From positions 1,536,001-1,600,000 of the forward strand of contig OZ241889.1 of the NCBI GenBank assembly GCA_965203355.1: a stretch of DNA of 64,000 bases, written 5' to 3'. Below, in pieces: positions 53,813 through 64,000 of this stretch (within the stretch, counting starts at the first letter, position 1; every line of letters begins with the position of its first letter). Below the pieces are notes generated by a model, which was not told the origin of the DNA, searched no databases, and worked only from the letters and a program-made list of their open reading frames with translations. The stretch is from Candidatus Latescibacterota bacterium. Lineage in GTDB: Bacteria > Latescibacterota > UBA2968 > UBA8231. The translations under genes were made by a program, and so were the position numbers.

Positions 53813-55076
53813 CGCGGCGCTGCTGTTGGCTTTGGCCAGCCCGGGCGAGGGCTGGGCCGACGCGGCTTGGGCGACCGAGGCCGTGGCGCGGCTGAACGCG
53901 CTGTTGGAGGCTCCCAACCGCGCGCGCGCCGCCGAGGCCGACCGCTTCGTGAGCGAGCACTTGGCCTTGGCAGAATTCACGGCGGCTACCTTTGGCGGCT
54001 ACCTCGAAAGATCGCTGGACACCTACCAAGAGCTACTAGCCGCTCCGCGCTTTACACACCTCGTCGAGCACTACCGCAACCGGCTAGCTCGGGCCTATCA
54101 GCGCCGCCTAAGCACCGACTTGGCCGCCCAGCTTGCGGCCGCGGACTTGCGCGGCTTGCGCTTGGATAGCCTCGAAGTGAATGGTCGACGGGGCCACGCT
54201 CAGCTTAGCGCGTTATGGGCCACGCGCTCGCTCGGCGTGGAGGCCGACTTGATTATCGCCGACGGAACTTGGAAAATCGCCGCGCTGAAAATCGCCGATC
54301 AGCCGCTCTCCAGCCACTATCGGCGACGCTACCAGTCGCTGACCGATCGCGGGTATTCGCCGGCGGTGCTGGAGGCTCAACTCGCCGACCGCGAGCACGT
54401 GGTCCTCGAGGACTTTGCCGCTACGTGGGATGGAGCGCAGCCCTTGGAGTGGGGGCCGTGGAAGAAAAAGGATCGGCACAAGTCCGTGCTCTACCGCGTA
54501 GAGGGGCGTACGCGGCGCTACATGGCGGCGCGCGATTCGAGCTATTCGGTCATCATGGGGAAATTCATCCGCTGGAATCCGCGCCAGTACCCGATTATGA
54601 CTTGGTGCTGGCGTGCCGCGGTTTTGCCGGAGGGGGGCAACGAGTTTCTCGACGACGCCAACGACAGCGCGGCTGGTTTGTACGTTATATTTTCCAAGAA
54701 TTGGATGGGGGTTCCCAAACAGCTCAAGTACGTGTGGAGTACGAGCTTGCCCGAAGGTACGGTGGGCCGGCGCGACAAGATATTCCGGCCGTGGTTTTTC
54801 GTGGTCGAAAGCGGCGCGACTAATTTGAACAGATGGACCTTTGAGGTCGTGGACTTGGAAAAGCACCATCGGGAAAAGCTCGGCGGCCAGCCAGCTAAGC
54901 GCACCATCGGCTTGGGCCTGCTCACGGACGCCAACTCAACTCGTTCGTACGCGGAGGCGTACTACGCGGATTTGCGCGTGTGGACGCGCGCGGCTTTTGA
55001 CGGCGGGCGCGTTGCCAACTACTGCGGCGGACTGCCCGCTCCCAACGGCGCGTACGCCGAGGAGAATGTACAATGA
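53799..55076 (+). CDS. Secreted protein with MlaC-like N-terminal region and C-terminal DUF3047 domain
   Basis: 'YPIMTWCWRA', 'DSAAGLYVIF', 'LKYVWS', 'GLLTDANST' DUF3047-like; N-terminal 'WKIAALKI' MlaC-like strand. Confidence 0.65.
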   Translation: MTLLSAALLLALASPGEGWADAAWATEAVARLNALLEAPNRARAAEADRFVSEHLALAEFTAATFGGYLERSLDTYQELLAAPRFTHLVEHYRNRLARAYQRRLSTDLAAQLAAADLRGLRLDSLEVNGRRGHAQLSALWATRSLGVEADLIIADGTWKIAALKIADQPLSSHYRRRYQSLTDRGYSPAVLEAQLADREHVVLEDFAATWDGAQPLEWGPWKKKDRHKSVLYRVEGRTRRYMAARDSSYSVIMGKFIRWNPRQYPIMTWCWRAAVLPEGGNEFLDDANDSAAGLYVIFSKNWMGVPKQLKYVWSTSLPEGTVGRRDKIFRPWFFVVESGATNLNRWTFEVVDLEKHHREKLGGQPAKRTIGLGLLTDANSTRSYAEAYYADLRVWTRAAFDGGRVANYCGGLPAPNGAYAEENVQ

Positions 55077-55705
55077 AAATGGTATGGTGTGGCGTGTGGG
55101 TCGCCCTCGGCATCACCGCGGTCTGCGCGGTCGGCGCGGATGACGACCCGATTGCCTTCCTCAAAAGCCACGACGCCGAGGTGCAGGCCATCCTCGCCGA
55201 GGCCCCGGCCGACTCGCTGCCTCCGGCCGTGCGGGCAGACCTCAAAAAGCACATCAACGCGGCCTTTGACTTCCGGGAATTGAGCCGCCTCGCCTTGGGC
55301 GATTACTGGCAAGGCCGCTCCCCGGCCGAGCGCGACCACTTTGCCGAGACCTTCGGCAGCATCATCCGCGAGCAGAATTTCGACAGCTTCTCCCGCTATT
55401 ACCGCGAGGGCGAGATCCGCTACGAGTCGGCTGAGGTGCAAGGAGACGCGGCTGTCGTCCAAGCGCTGGCACCCGTGCGGGACGAGGATATAGCGATCGA
55501 GTACAAGCTCCATCGGGTGGAGGGCGTGTGGCGGATATACGACTTGGTCATCGACGGCGTCAGCACGGCCGAGGGCAACCGACGGCGCTATGCCCGCTAC
55601 ATGGAGAAAAATGGCTATGAGCAGCTGATCGTCCAACTCGACAAGCAGTTGGCCCGGCTGCGCGAAACGGTTGTCTCGCCGCCGGGCGATGCCACCCGGG
55701 ATTAG
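55073..55705 (+). CDS. MlaC/Ttg2D (HpnM-like) lipid-binding periplasmic protein
   Basis: 'FDFRELSRLALG.YW', 'WRIYDLVIDGVS'. Confidence 0.88.
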   Translation: MKMVWCGVWVALGITAVCAVGADDDPIAFLKSHDAEVQAILAEAPADSLPPAVRADLKKHINAAFDFRELSRLALGDYWQGRSPAERDHFAETFGSIIREQNFDSFSRYYREGEIRYESAEVQGDAAVVQALAPVRDEDIAIEYKLHRVEGVWRIYDLVIDGVSTAEGNRRRYARYMEKNGYEQLIVQLDKQLARLRETVVSPPGDATRD

Positions 55706-55714
55706 CCTTCCGCC

Positions 55715-58111
55715 ATGCCCATAAGCCACCAGCGCTTAGTCCGCTACATCTATCACCACTACATCGGCATAATTGCGCTGGCTGCGATACTGTCGGTATT
55801 TGCCGGATTTTTTGCCGCTAAACTGGCCCAAAACATCAAGACCGATTTCGCGGACCTGCTGTCCGACGATTACGTCAGCGTCCGAGAACTCAACCGCATC
55901 AAGGCCCGCATCGGCGGCATTGGCCCGCTGATGGTCGTCATTACCAGCGACGACTTGGACGCGGCCGCCTCCTTCATGCTGGTCTTGGCCGATTCGCTTG
56001 AACGCAGCCCGCTGATCAGTTCGGTCAGCCGCTTCGACAGCAAAAAGGATCTTCTCAAAAAAAACCAACTCCTCTACATGGAATTAGCGGACCTGCAAGC
56101 GATCAATCGCCGTCTCGACGAGCACATAGAGCGGCAAAAGCTCAAGCAGTCGCCGCTCTACTTTGCCTTTGACGACGAGGAGGAGCCGGTACTCGATTTT
56201 TCGGATATCGAGGCCAAGTACCAGCAGGATGGCGCGGCCGCTGTCGTAGAGCAATACCGCCAGTACGTCCTCACGCAAGAGGGCAACGGCTTTATCCTCC
56301 AGCTTTATCCGGCCGGACTGACCACGGATGTCGCCTTTTCGCAGGCTCTCATCGATCATCTCGACCAGACCATTGCCGCCATTGGCCCGGAGCGCTTTCA
56401 TCCCAGCATTGAATGCGTGTACAAGGGCAGTTTTCAAAATAGCGCTAGCCAATTCACGATTATTATACGAGACCTCAAGGCAACGGCCTTGTACAGCATC
56501 GTCGGCGTACTCCTGCTTATCACCCTGTTCTTCCGCCAAGTAATCGGCTCGCTCTTCATCACCTTGCCGCTGCTGATGAGCCTGACTTGGACTTTTGGCG
56601 TCACCTACTTGGCCATTGGCAGCCTCAACATGATCACCGTAGGGCTTTTCGCCATCCTGTTTGGGCTGGGCATCGACTTTGGCATTCACATCTTCGCCCG
56701 CTACCGCGAGGCCCGCCGCCGAGGCATGGACATTGAACAGGCCCTGACCGTTACCGTCCGGCACACGGGCAAGGCGCTGACGACGACGGCGGTCACTACT
56801 TCGATTGCCTTCTATTCGCTGCTGTTGACGGATTTTAAGGGCTTCTCGGAGTTCGGCTTTATCGTCGGCACTGGTATCCTCTTTTCACTGGTGGCCATGG
56901 TCGCGATATGCCCGGCCTTCATCGTCCTCGCCGAGCGTCTGCGCTTGGTCATCCCAATCCGCAAGCGCAGCGTCCTATGGCGCACCGGTCGCTACCCAAA
57001 GCCTTGGGCCACGTTGCTGATCGGCGCGGCCATCACCGGGTACTCGCTGTACCACATCGGCGATTTGGAATTTGAGTACGACTTCAGCAAGCTCAAACCC
57101 GCGCCGCCGCCCAACACCAACAAGGGCAGCCTGCCCCAGAGCCTGAAGGAGGGCCGCTCGCCCGCCATCGTCCTGACCGAAAGCTACGACGAGGCCATGG
57201 AGGTGGTTCGCACGGTTGAGGGCATCAAGGCCGCCCGCGGTGATTCTACCACGGTCCTCAGCGTCAAGAGCGTGTACTCGGCGCTGCCGCAAGACCAAGA
57301 AGCCAAGCTGGTGCTCATCGCCGACATCCGCGCTTTGTTGGATCGGGAAGAGGGCCTGTTCAGCGCGAGCGAGCGGGCTAAGCTGGACTCGCTGCGGCCG
57401 TATCTCGACGTGGAAAAGCTAACGCTCTACGACCTGCCCGCGGACTTGACCAATGCGTTCAAGGACAAGGAGGGCAACATCCTCAACTTCGTGGCGATCA
57501 ATGCCGCGGTCGAGCTCCGGGACGGAAAAGACGCCATTCGCTTTGCCGAAGAAATCAGCCGGATTGAAACGCCGGCGGGCAAGACCTACATATCCTCTAG
57601 CTCGCATATCATTGTCGCCGAGATGCTCAAGGTCATGCTCGCGGACAGCTCCCTCGCCGTGATCCTCACGCTCGCGGTCGTGGCGGTGGTGCTGCTCATC
57701 GACCTGCGGAGTTTCGTCGATACTCTGCTGGTACTCACGCCGCTTTTGAACGCTTTGGTGTGGGTCGTGGGCTTCATGTATGCGTTTGACATCAAGCTAA
57801 ATCTCTACAACATGGTCGCCTTTCCGACGATCATTGGCATGGGCATTGACAACAGCGTCCACATCTTCCACCGCTACCAAGAAGTCGGCCGCGGCTCGCT
57901 GCGCTTGGTGTTGCGCACGACCGGGGTCGCGCTGTTGGCTACGTCGATGACGACGATGGTCGGCTTTTCGGGATTGGTGCCGGCCATTCATCCGGCGCTC
58001 ACGTCGATTGGCGTGCTCTCACTGGTGGGCTTGGGGTCCTGTTTTATCACGTCCGTTACGCTGCTGCCGGCCTTGCTGCAAATCCGCGAGCGGCGCGCTG
58101 AGAAGCTCTAA
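55715..58111 (+). CDS. MMPL/RND family transporter (HpnN-like)
   Basis: Two 'G(L/M)GID...H...RY.E' repeats, two periplasmic loops, ~12 TMs. Confidence 0.88.
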   Translation: MPISHQRLVRYIYHHYIGIIALAAILSVFAGFFAAKLAQNIKTDFADLLSDDYVSVRELNRIKARIGGIGPLMVVITSDDLDAAASFMLVLADSLERSPLISSVSRFDSKKDLLKKNQLLYMELADLQAINRRLDEHIERQKLKQSPLYFAFDDEEEPVLDFSDIEAKYQQDGAAAVVEQYRQYVLTQEGNGFILQLYPAGLTTDVAFSQALIDHLDQTIAAIGPERFHPSIECVYKGSFQNSASQFTIIIRDLKATALYSIVGVLLLITLFFRQVIGSLFITLPLLMSLTWTFGVTYLAIGSLNMITVGLFAILFGLGIDFGIHIFARYREARRRGMDIEQALTVTVRHTGKALTTTAVTTSIAFYSLLLTDFKGFSEFGFIVGTGILFSLVAMVAICPAFIVLAERLRLVIPIRKRSVLWRTGRYPKPWATLLIGAAITGYSLYHIGDLEFEYDFSKLKPAPPPNTNKGSLPQSLKEGRSPAIVLTESYDEAMEVVRTVEGIKAARGDSTTVLSVKSVYSALPQDQEAKLVLIADIRALLDREEGLFSASERAKLDSLRPYLDVEKLTLYDLPADLTNAFKDKEGNILNFVAINAAVELRDGKDAIRFAEEISRIETPAGKTYISSSSHIIVAEMLKVMLADSSLAVILTLAVVAVVLLIDLRSFVDTLLVLTPLLNALVWVVGFMYAFDIKLNLYNMVAFPTIIGMGIDNSVHIFHRYQEVGRGSLRLVLRTTGVALLATSMTTMVGFSGLVPAIHPALTSIGVLSLVGLGSCFITSVTLLPALLQIRERRAEKL

Positions 58112-58297
58112 CTTTGGCAGCCATGCGCGTCGGCATGTAGGGGCGGGAACTTCGGCGATTTGTTCCGCCTTGATTAGCACTTTGGCGACTCGACGGATCC
58201 TGCTGGAAATTGCGCGTAGACTCCCCGAAATTCGCCCCGGCGATCTTTTCTCGATGGGGGTTTTAGCTATATTGAAATGGAGATTTAGGCAAAAAAA

Positions 58298-58373
58298 TGG
58301 AGCGAGAGACGGGACTCGAACCCGCGACAACCACGTTGGCAACGTGGAGCTCTACCAACTGAGCTACTCTCGC
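58298..58373 (-). tRNA. tRNA-Gly (GCC)
   Basis: Reverse complement GCGAGAGTAGCTCAGTTGGTAGAGCTCCACGTTGCCAACGTGGTTGTCGCGGGTTCGAGTCCCGTCTCTCGCTCCA, 76 nt cloverleaf with encoded CCA. Confidence 0.97.
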
Positions 58374-58420
58374 TCGAAAATTGTGCGAAATAAATCGCTA
58401 TGAAAGGAAAAAATATAACT

Positions 58421-61400
58421 ATGTCCCGAATAAGCGTCAAGGTGCGCCAAGCTCTGTTACCGCTCGTCGCAGCGCTCTTGGGAGCGGCCTGTGAACAGGG
58501 GCCGCCGGCTTGGCCGCCCAAGGCGCGCTGGCACAACAATCAGGGCGTGGTCTACATGGATCAACACAACTACACGCGCGGTCGCGAGGAATTTGCCCGC
58601 GCCCTCGGCTTGGCCCCGGACTACGCGAGTGCGCGGGCCAATCTCGGCATTGCCTACTATGCGCTCGGCAAGTACGACAGCGCGGCCACGGCCTTGCAAA
58701 CCGCCCTCGCCCTTGATCCCCAGCTCCTCCACGCCAATTACGCGTTGGGCTTGATCTACAATGCTCAAGGCCGGGACCACGACAAGGCGCTCGCGGCCCT
58801 GCAAAAGGTCGCGGCTGCCGACCGCGACGACCCCCACGTGCGCTACTACATGGGGCAGATGCGGGCCAAGCTAAACGAGAGCGCGGCCGCCATCGCCGAT
58901 TTCAAGGAGGCCATCCGCCTCGATCCTTACAACGTGTCGGCGTACTATGGGCTGGCCAATCTCTACCGGCGGCTCGGGCGCGAGGAGGAATGGAAAAGCA
59001 CCTTGGAGCAGTTCAACCAGCTTAGCCAAGCGGGGCACCAAGGCGTTTCTTCGTCCTATCAGGGGCAGGGAAAATACGCCGAGGCCGTGGCCGACGCCGG
59101 GGGCGGCGATCCGAGTCAGGACGATGTGGCCGGGCCTTTTGCCTTTGCCGCGACTGGCTCGGCGACTGGCCCGGTGCGCTTTGCCGCTTTGGGCGACTTT
59201 GACGCGGATGGCCAGCCGGATGTCTTGGCCGGCGGCGCGGGCTTGCACCTGTACGCCGGTGGCACCGCGAAAATGCTTACGGCTCCGACGCTTCCCAACG
59301 ACTTTGGGGCGACTGGCGCGATCGCTGGCGATCTCGACAACGATGGGGCCGCCGACTTGCTCTTCAGCGGCGCGGGCGGAACCTTGCTCTATCGAGCGGC
59401 TCATGGCGGATGGAACGGCGGATATCTGCCCGCGGCTTCGACCAGCGTCGCGTTGGGCGATGCCGACCACGATGGCGACTTGGACCTGCTCTTATTGGGG
59501 CCAAGTGTCTCGCTGCTGGTCAACGACGGGGAGGCCCGCTTTGCCGCCACGGGCCAACCCACCGGTTCGGTCGCGGCGGCCCGCGCTGCATTCTCCGATC
59601 TCGACAACGACCGGGACGTGGATGTGGTGCTCCTTTCGGCCGAGGGCCTGCAAGTGCAAACCAACAATCGCGATGGCACGTTCTCGGAAATCGCTGACGC
59701 CTTGGGTTTGGGTGCCGTGCAAGGCGCGGGCTTGGCCGTTGAGGACTTCAACCAAGACGGCTATATGGACTTGGCTATCGCCGCTAGCGGGGCCGTGGAA
59801 ACGCATCTGAACCAAGCCGGTCGCACCTTCGTTCAGGCCGCGGCGGCCGCGGCCGGTGGGAAGGCACTGCTTCCCGCGGATTTCGACAACGACGGCGACC
59901 TCGACCTGCTCGCCGTCGGAGAGGAGCGGCTGCAACCGCTCGCGTACAGCGGTGGTCAATTCCAGCCGCAATCCCCGCTCGACGAGCCGGGTGGGGCGGT
60001 GCTCGTGGCGGATTTCAACGGCGATGGCCGCGTGGACATTTGGGCGGGTGGCCGGGTGCTGCACAACCAAAGCGAGGGCGGGCACTGGATCGAAATCGCC
60101 GCCCAAGGACTCAACAGCAACCGCGACGGCGTTGGGGCCAAGGTGGAGGTAAAAACCACCCACCGCCTCCAGAAGCGCGAGATTCGCAGCGAGGGATACG
60201 CGGGCGTCCTCCACTTCGGCTTAGCGCAGAGCGATTCGGTCGAATTCATCCGCATCCTCTGGCCCGGCGGCGTGCGCCAGACCGAGTTGGCGACTGGAGC
60301 CGGACAGCGGCTGGAGTTGACCGAACTCGACCGCAAGGGCACCTCGTGCCCCATTCTCTACGCCTGGGATGGCACGCGCTATCGCTTTGTCACCGACATT
60401 CTCGGGGGAGCCATTATTGGCTATTTAACTGCCCCGGGCCAGTACTACCAGCCCGACACCGACGAGTACGTCCGCTTGGGGCCGCTGGCTCCCAAAGACG
60501 GCCACTATGTCTTGCAACTGGCCAACCAGCTCGAGGAAATCATTTACGTCGATGCCCTTGAACTCATCGCCGTCGATCATCCGCCCGAGGTCGATGTGTA
60601 TCCCAACGAGCGCTTGCTTTCCCAGCCTCCGTACCCGGAGTTCAAACTCTATCCTCTACGCAATCTGCGTCCGCCCGTGGCGGCCAAAGATCACCGGGGG
60701 CTGGACGTGTTGGCTGCGCTGCAAGAGATCGACGACGAGTGGTACGATGGGTTTGGCCGACTCGACATACACGGCTATGCCGAAGACTATGCGCTAGAGC
60801 TGAACTTGGGCGATTTGTCCGAGTTCGCCCATCCGGTCTTGCTCGGTTATGGGTGGGTTGATTACGCGCATTCGACCTCCAATTGGAGCGCGGCCCAGCG
60901 CGGCTTGTCGCTGTATCCGCCGCGTCTGTCTGTAGCCGATGGCGAGGGGGGATGGGTCGAAGTCAGCGCGGATATGGGATGCCCGGCGGGCCTGCCCAAG
61001 CACGCGCTCTTCGACTTGGCCGGTCTGTTCCCGTCCGACGACTACCGGCTGCGGATCGAGACCAACACCGCGCTCTACTGGGATCAATTGCTGGTGGGCG
61101 ATGCGGCGGACGTTCCCCTTACAGTCCATCGCCGGCAACCGGCGCGGAGCGACCTCCACTGGCGCGGCTACCCAGCGCATACGTCCGTCAAGGGTACCTT
61201 TGCCTTTCGCTACCACTACGATCAATTGGCGTTAGAAGCACCTTGGGGTGCCCACGCTGGGGCTTTCACCCGCTTCGGTCCGGTGGAGGCGTTGGTCGCA
61301 GACATTGACGACCGCTTTGTCATCATGTTCCACGGCGATGAGTTGACCGTTGAGTTTGCCACCTTGCCGCCGCCGGCGGCCGGTCTGGTGCGCTCGTTTC

Positions 61401-61591
61401 TGCTGTACGCCGACGGCTTTGGCAAGGACATGGATCTGCACTCGGCGCACTCACTAACGGTCGAGCCGCTGCCCTTTCACGACATGTCTGGCTACCCGTA
61501 CCCAGCGCACGAGCACTACCCGCAAACCGGCGCACATCTAGAGTATTTGCAGGAATACAACACGCGCTGGGTCAAGGGCTACTATGATTAG
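58421..61591 (+). CDS. Probable lipoprotein with TPR repeats, FG-GAP/VCBS repeats and ASPIC/UnbV domain
   Basis: 'LLGAAC' lipobox-like; TPRs; multiple 'D(F/L)DNDGD.D' repeats; 'NRDGVGAKVEV...LHFGL...IRILWPGG'; start 58400 or 58421. Confidence 0.85.
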   Translation: MSRISVKVRQALLPLVAALLGAACEQGPPAWPPKARWHNNQGVVYMDQHNYTRGREEFARALGLAPDYASARANLGIAYYALGKYDSAATALQTALALDPQLLHANYALGLIYNAQGRDHDKALAALQKVAAADRDDPHVRYYMGQMRAKLNESAAAIADFKEAIRLDPYNVSAYYGLANLYRRLGREEEWKSTLEQFNQLSQAGHQGVSSSYQGQGKYAEAVADAGGGDPSQDDVAGPFAFAATGSATGPVRFAALGDFDADGQPDVLAGGAGLHLYAGGTAKMLTAPTLPNDFGATGAIAGDLDNDGAADLLFSGAGGTLLYRAAHGGWNGGYLPAASTSVALGDADHDGDLDLLLLGPSVSLLVNDGEARFAATGQPTGSVAAARAAFSDLDNDRDVDVVLLSAEGLQVQTNNRDGTFSEIADALGLGAVQGAGLAVEDFNQDGYMDLAIAASGAVETHLNQAGRTFVQAAAAAAGGKALLPADFDNDGDLDLLAVGEERLQPLAYSGGQFQPQSPLDEPGGAVLVADFNGDGRVDIWAGGRVLHNQSEGGHWIEIAAQGLNSNRDGVGAKVEVKTTHRLQKREIRSEGYAGVLHFGLAQSDSVEFIRILWPGGVRQTELATGAGQRLELTELDRKGTSCPILYAWDGTRYRFVTDILGGAIIGYLTAPGQYYQPDTDEYVRLGPLAPKDGHYVLQLANQLEEIIYVDALELIAVDHPPEVDVYPNERLLSQPPYPEFKLYPLRNLRPPVAAKDHRGLDVLAALQEIDDEWYDGFGRLDIHGYAEDYALELNLGDLSEFAHPVLLGYGWVDYAHSTSNWSAAQRGLSLYPPRLSVADGEGGWVEVSADMGCPAGLPKHALFDLAGLFPSDDYRLRIETNTALYWDQLLVGDAADVPLTVHRRQPARSDLHWRGYPAHTSVKGTFAFRYHYDQLALEAPWGAHAGAFTRFGPVEALVADIDDRFVIMFHGDELTVEFATLPPPAAGLVRSFLLYADGFGKDMDLHSAHSLTVEPLPFHDMSGYPYPAHEHYPQTGAHLEYLQEYNTRWVKGYYD

Positions 61592-63803
61592 GGCGATCGA
61601 AGGAGCGAAACGCGCGATTCGCTTCTTGCTGCTCCATGTGAACAGAGCGCGGCTGGGCCAGGTGATAGAAAGAGTAAAAGGGGCGATTACGCCCTCATTG
61701 CTCAAGCGGCTGCTGCTCTACATCGCTTGCTTCCTCGTCTTGTACGCCGCTGTCGGCGTGAGTGGTTATCTGATCTTCAACGACAATTTGCCCGACATCG
61801 ACGCTTGGAGCTTCCGGCCCAAGCGGGTCACCAACGTGTATTCGGCCGATGGCCGCCACTTGCAGGACTTCCTCGAGGAAAACCGCGAAATCGTCACCCA
61901 TGAAGAAATCCCCGCGTCTATACAGGCCGCCCTCTTGGCGACCGAGGACCGGCGCTTCTTCTCGCATTGGGGCATGGATCTGTACCGCATCCCGGGCGCC
62001 CTGCTGGCCAACCTCAAGGACCGGAGCCTCGTCGGCCAAGGGGCCAGTACGCTCACTCAGCAACTGGCCCGCAATATCTTCGCCGAAGTCGGCACTCAGC
62101 GCAGTAGTGATTCCTTGGCCGATGCGGCGGCCACGTACGCCCGCAAGATCCGCGAACAGATCACCGCTGTTTTAATTGAGCGCTTGTACACCAAGCCCGA
62201 GATCCTGACTATGTACCTCAACACAGTCTATTTCGGCCACGGTGCCTACGGGATTAAGGCGGCGGCGCGTCTGTACTTTGACCGCGAAGTCGAGCAACTC
62301 GCGCTTGAAGAGAGTGCCTTGCTCGTCGGGTTGCTCCCCAGTCCTAATAGTCGGACCCCGCTGCGCCACCCCGAGCGCGCCCGCCAGTACCGCAATCAGG
62401 TGCTGGCCAGCATGGCCGACCATGGCGCGATCACGCCTGCCGAGCGCGATGCGCTGTCTAGCAAACCCATCGCCGCCCGCAGAGGTCGCCGCGAGGAGAC
62501 GTATGGCACGGCTCCGTACTTTGTCGAGCACGTCCGCCAGCAGATGCAGCGCGAGTTTGGCATGGCAATCTATCGCGAGGGCTTTGTGGTCCACACTACG
62601 CTCGACTCGCGCTTGCAGCAGATCGCCGAAAAGCACTTTGATACTGAAATAAGCAAGGTGCAGAAAAAGGTGGATCAGTACTTAAAAGACACCGGCGCGG
62701 CCCGGAGCAGGCGCGACTCGGCCGTAGTCCAAGCCGCCTTCGTGGCCATGGATCCGGCCACCGGCCACATCTTGGCCATGATTGGGGGCCGCGACTTCAG
62801 CCGCAGCAAATTCAACCGCGCCACCCAAGCCAAGCGGCAGCCTGGGTCTGCGTTTAAGCCCTTCGTGTACACGGCGGCCATCGACAACAATCGCTTTGCG
62901 GTGGATGTGCTCAACGACAACGCCTTTACGCTGTGGGACCACAAGCGCGAACAGTTTTGGGATCCCGAGAACTACGACCAGAAGTTCAAGGGGCCCATGA
63001 CGCTGCGCGAAGGGCTGAAACAGTCGCGCAACCTCATAGCCATTAAGTTAGCCGACGAGCTCGGCCCGCCGCTGATTCGGAGCTATGCCCGCAACATGGG
63101 CATATCCACGCCGATCCAAGCGATCCCTTCCATCGGCGTCGGCACCAGTGAGGTGCTACTCCTCGATTTGGTGGCGGCCTACGCGGTCTTCCCCAATAAG
63201 GGGATCTACGTCGCGCCGATGGCTATCAGCCGTTTGGAGCGCAAGGATGGCGATGTCTTTTTTGCGCGGGCAAGCGGCCATAAGCAGGAGGTGTTGCGGC
63301 CGGCCGTGGCCGTGGTTGTCACGGATATGATGCGCTCGGTCGTCGATGAAGTCGGCGGTACCGGACGCAGTATCCGCTCGAGGTACGATTTCCGCTCCCA
63401 AGCGGCCGGTAAAACCGGCACGACCAACGACTACACGGATGCGTGGTTCATCGGCTTTACGCCCCATATTGTAGCCGGGGTCTGGGTTGGGATAGACGAC
63501 CCTAGCCTGCGCCTCTGGCCGAGGCAGACCGGCTCGGCGGCGGCTCTGCCTTTGTGGGCGAAGTTCATGAAGGAGGTGTATGCGAATGTGGAGCCTTATC
63601 GCGGCCTGAGAAACCACGGGTTTGAGTACCCGGAAAACCTCGTCGTGCGCCGCGCAGTCTGCAAAGATACGCACAAAATCGCCACTCGCTTTTGTCCCGA
63701 TCCGCGCGTGGAGCTCTTCATCGCTGGCGAGGTCCTGCCGCGCACATGCCCTCTACATGGGCGGTCCCCAGAGCAGCCCCCAAGGCGCATCCAGCGGTTT
63801 TGA
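61584..63803 (+). CDS. Class A penicillin-binding protein (PBP1A family)
   Basis: Transglycosylase 'EDRRFFSH', 'GASTLTQQLARN'; transpeptidase 'SAFK', 'SRN', 'KTGT'. Confidence 0.95.
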   Translation: MIRAIEGAKRAIRFLLLHVNRARLGQVIERVKGAITPSLLKRLLLYIACFLVLYAAVGVSGYLIFNDNLPDIDAWSFRPKRVTNVYSADGRHLQDFLEENREIVTHEEIPASIQAALLATEDRRFFSHWGMDLYRIPGALLANLKDRSLVGQGASTLTQQLARNIFAEVGTQRSSDSLADAAATYARKIREQITAVLIERLYTKPEILTMYLNTVYFGHGAYGIKAAARLYFDREVEQLALEESALLVGLLPSPNSRTPLRHPERARQYRNQVLASMADHGAITPAERDALSSKPIAARRGRREETYGTAPYFVEHVRQQMQREFGMAIYREGFVVHTTLDSRLQQIAEKHFDTEISKVQKKVDQYLKDTGAARSRRDSAVVQAAFVAMDPATGHILAMIGGRDFSRSKFNRATQAKRQPGSAFKPFVYTAAIDNNRFAVDVLNDNAFTLWDHKREQFWDPENYDQKFKGPMTLREGLKQSRNLIAIKLADELGPPLIRSYARNMGISTPIQAIPSIGVGTSEVLLLDLVAAYAVFPNKGIYVAPMAISRLERKDGDVFFARASGHKQEVLRPAVAVVVTDMMRSVVDEVGGTGRSIRSRYDFRSQAAGKTGTTNDYTDAWFIGFTPHIVAGVWVGIDDPSLRLWPRQTGSAAALPLWAKFMKEVYANVEPYRGLRNHGFEYPENLVVRRAVCKDTHKIATRFCPDPRVELFIAGEVLPRTCPLHGRSPEQPPRRIQRF

Positions 63804-64000
63804 AGATTACAAAACGAAAAAGATGTAGAACAGCCCGCCGAGAATGCTGGCTGATAGGCCGTGTGCGATCGCCTTATTTTCTCGCTTGAGTACCGTTTGT
63901 TCGACCATGGTGCTCCCGCCTAAAACCCCGCTCAACCCCTTAGACACCCGGTCCGAGCTATAGGCTTGGACGCGGCGATCCCAGCGCACAATGCGATCGG

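Noticed and set aside
58298-58373. tRNA-Gly as an integration site
   Set aside because: No duplicated tRNA 3' end or integrase was seen in the window.

Overview
High-GC bacterial chromosomal segment. Gene content (TonB receptor/T9SS-CTD protein/PorV triad, DUF6785/DUF6784 + OPT + M28-FtsX cluster, TPR-ASPIC/UnbV protein) suggests an FCB-group lineage such as Ca. Latescibacterota/Gemmatimonadota-like; this is inference, not tested. The housekeeping backbone comprises an ilvC-leuACDB-cimA-argJ-aminotransferase-accA operon with a sigma70 promoter and a Leu/Ile/Val-rich leader peptide, a uvrA-M24-queC-DMFase-like-queF cluster, a TolC-MlaC-MMPL operon, tRNA-Gly(GCC) and PBP1A. The most striking pattern is that accessory cargo repeatedly sits right after a host gene's stop codon and is followed by a displaced, often internally deleted, copy of that gene's last ~35-190 bp. 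The cargo includes two PIN-toxin modules, an Rpn nuclease, a 9.3-kb type I R-M island and small coiled-coil genes. There are five clear cases and two weaker ones, and I recognised no integrase or IS transposase in the window. Other points of note are an Rpn gene with an internal RBS+ATG (gene-within-gene antitoxin), an M28-FtsX fusion with a degenerate active site, and a 7-bp-repeat hairpin element. All family assignments come from motif recognition by eye, without database searches.
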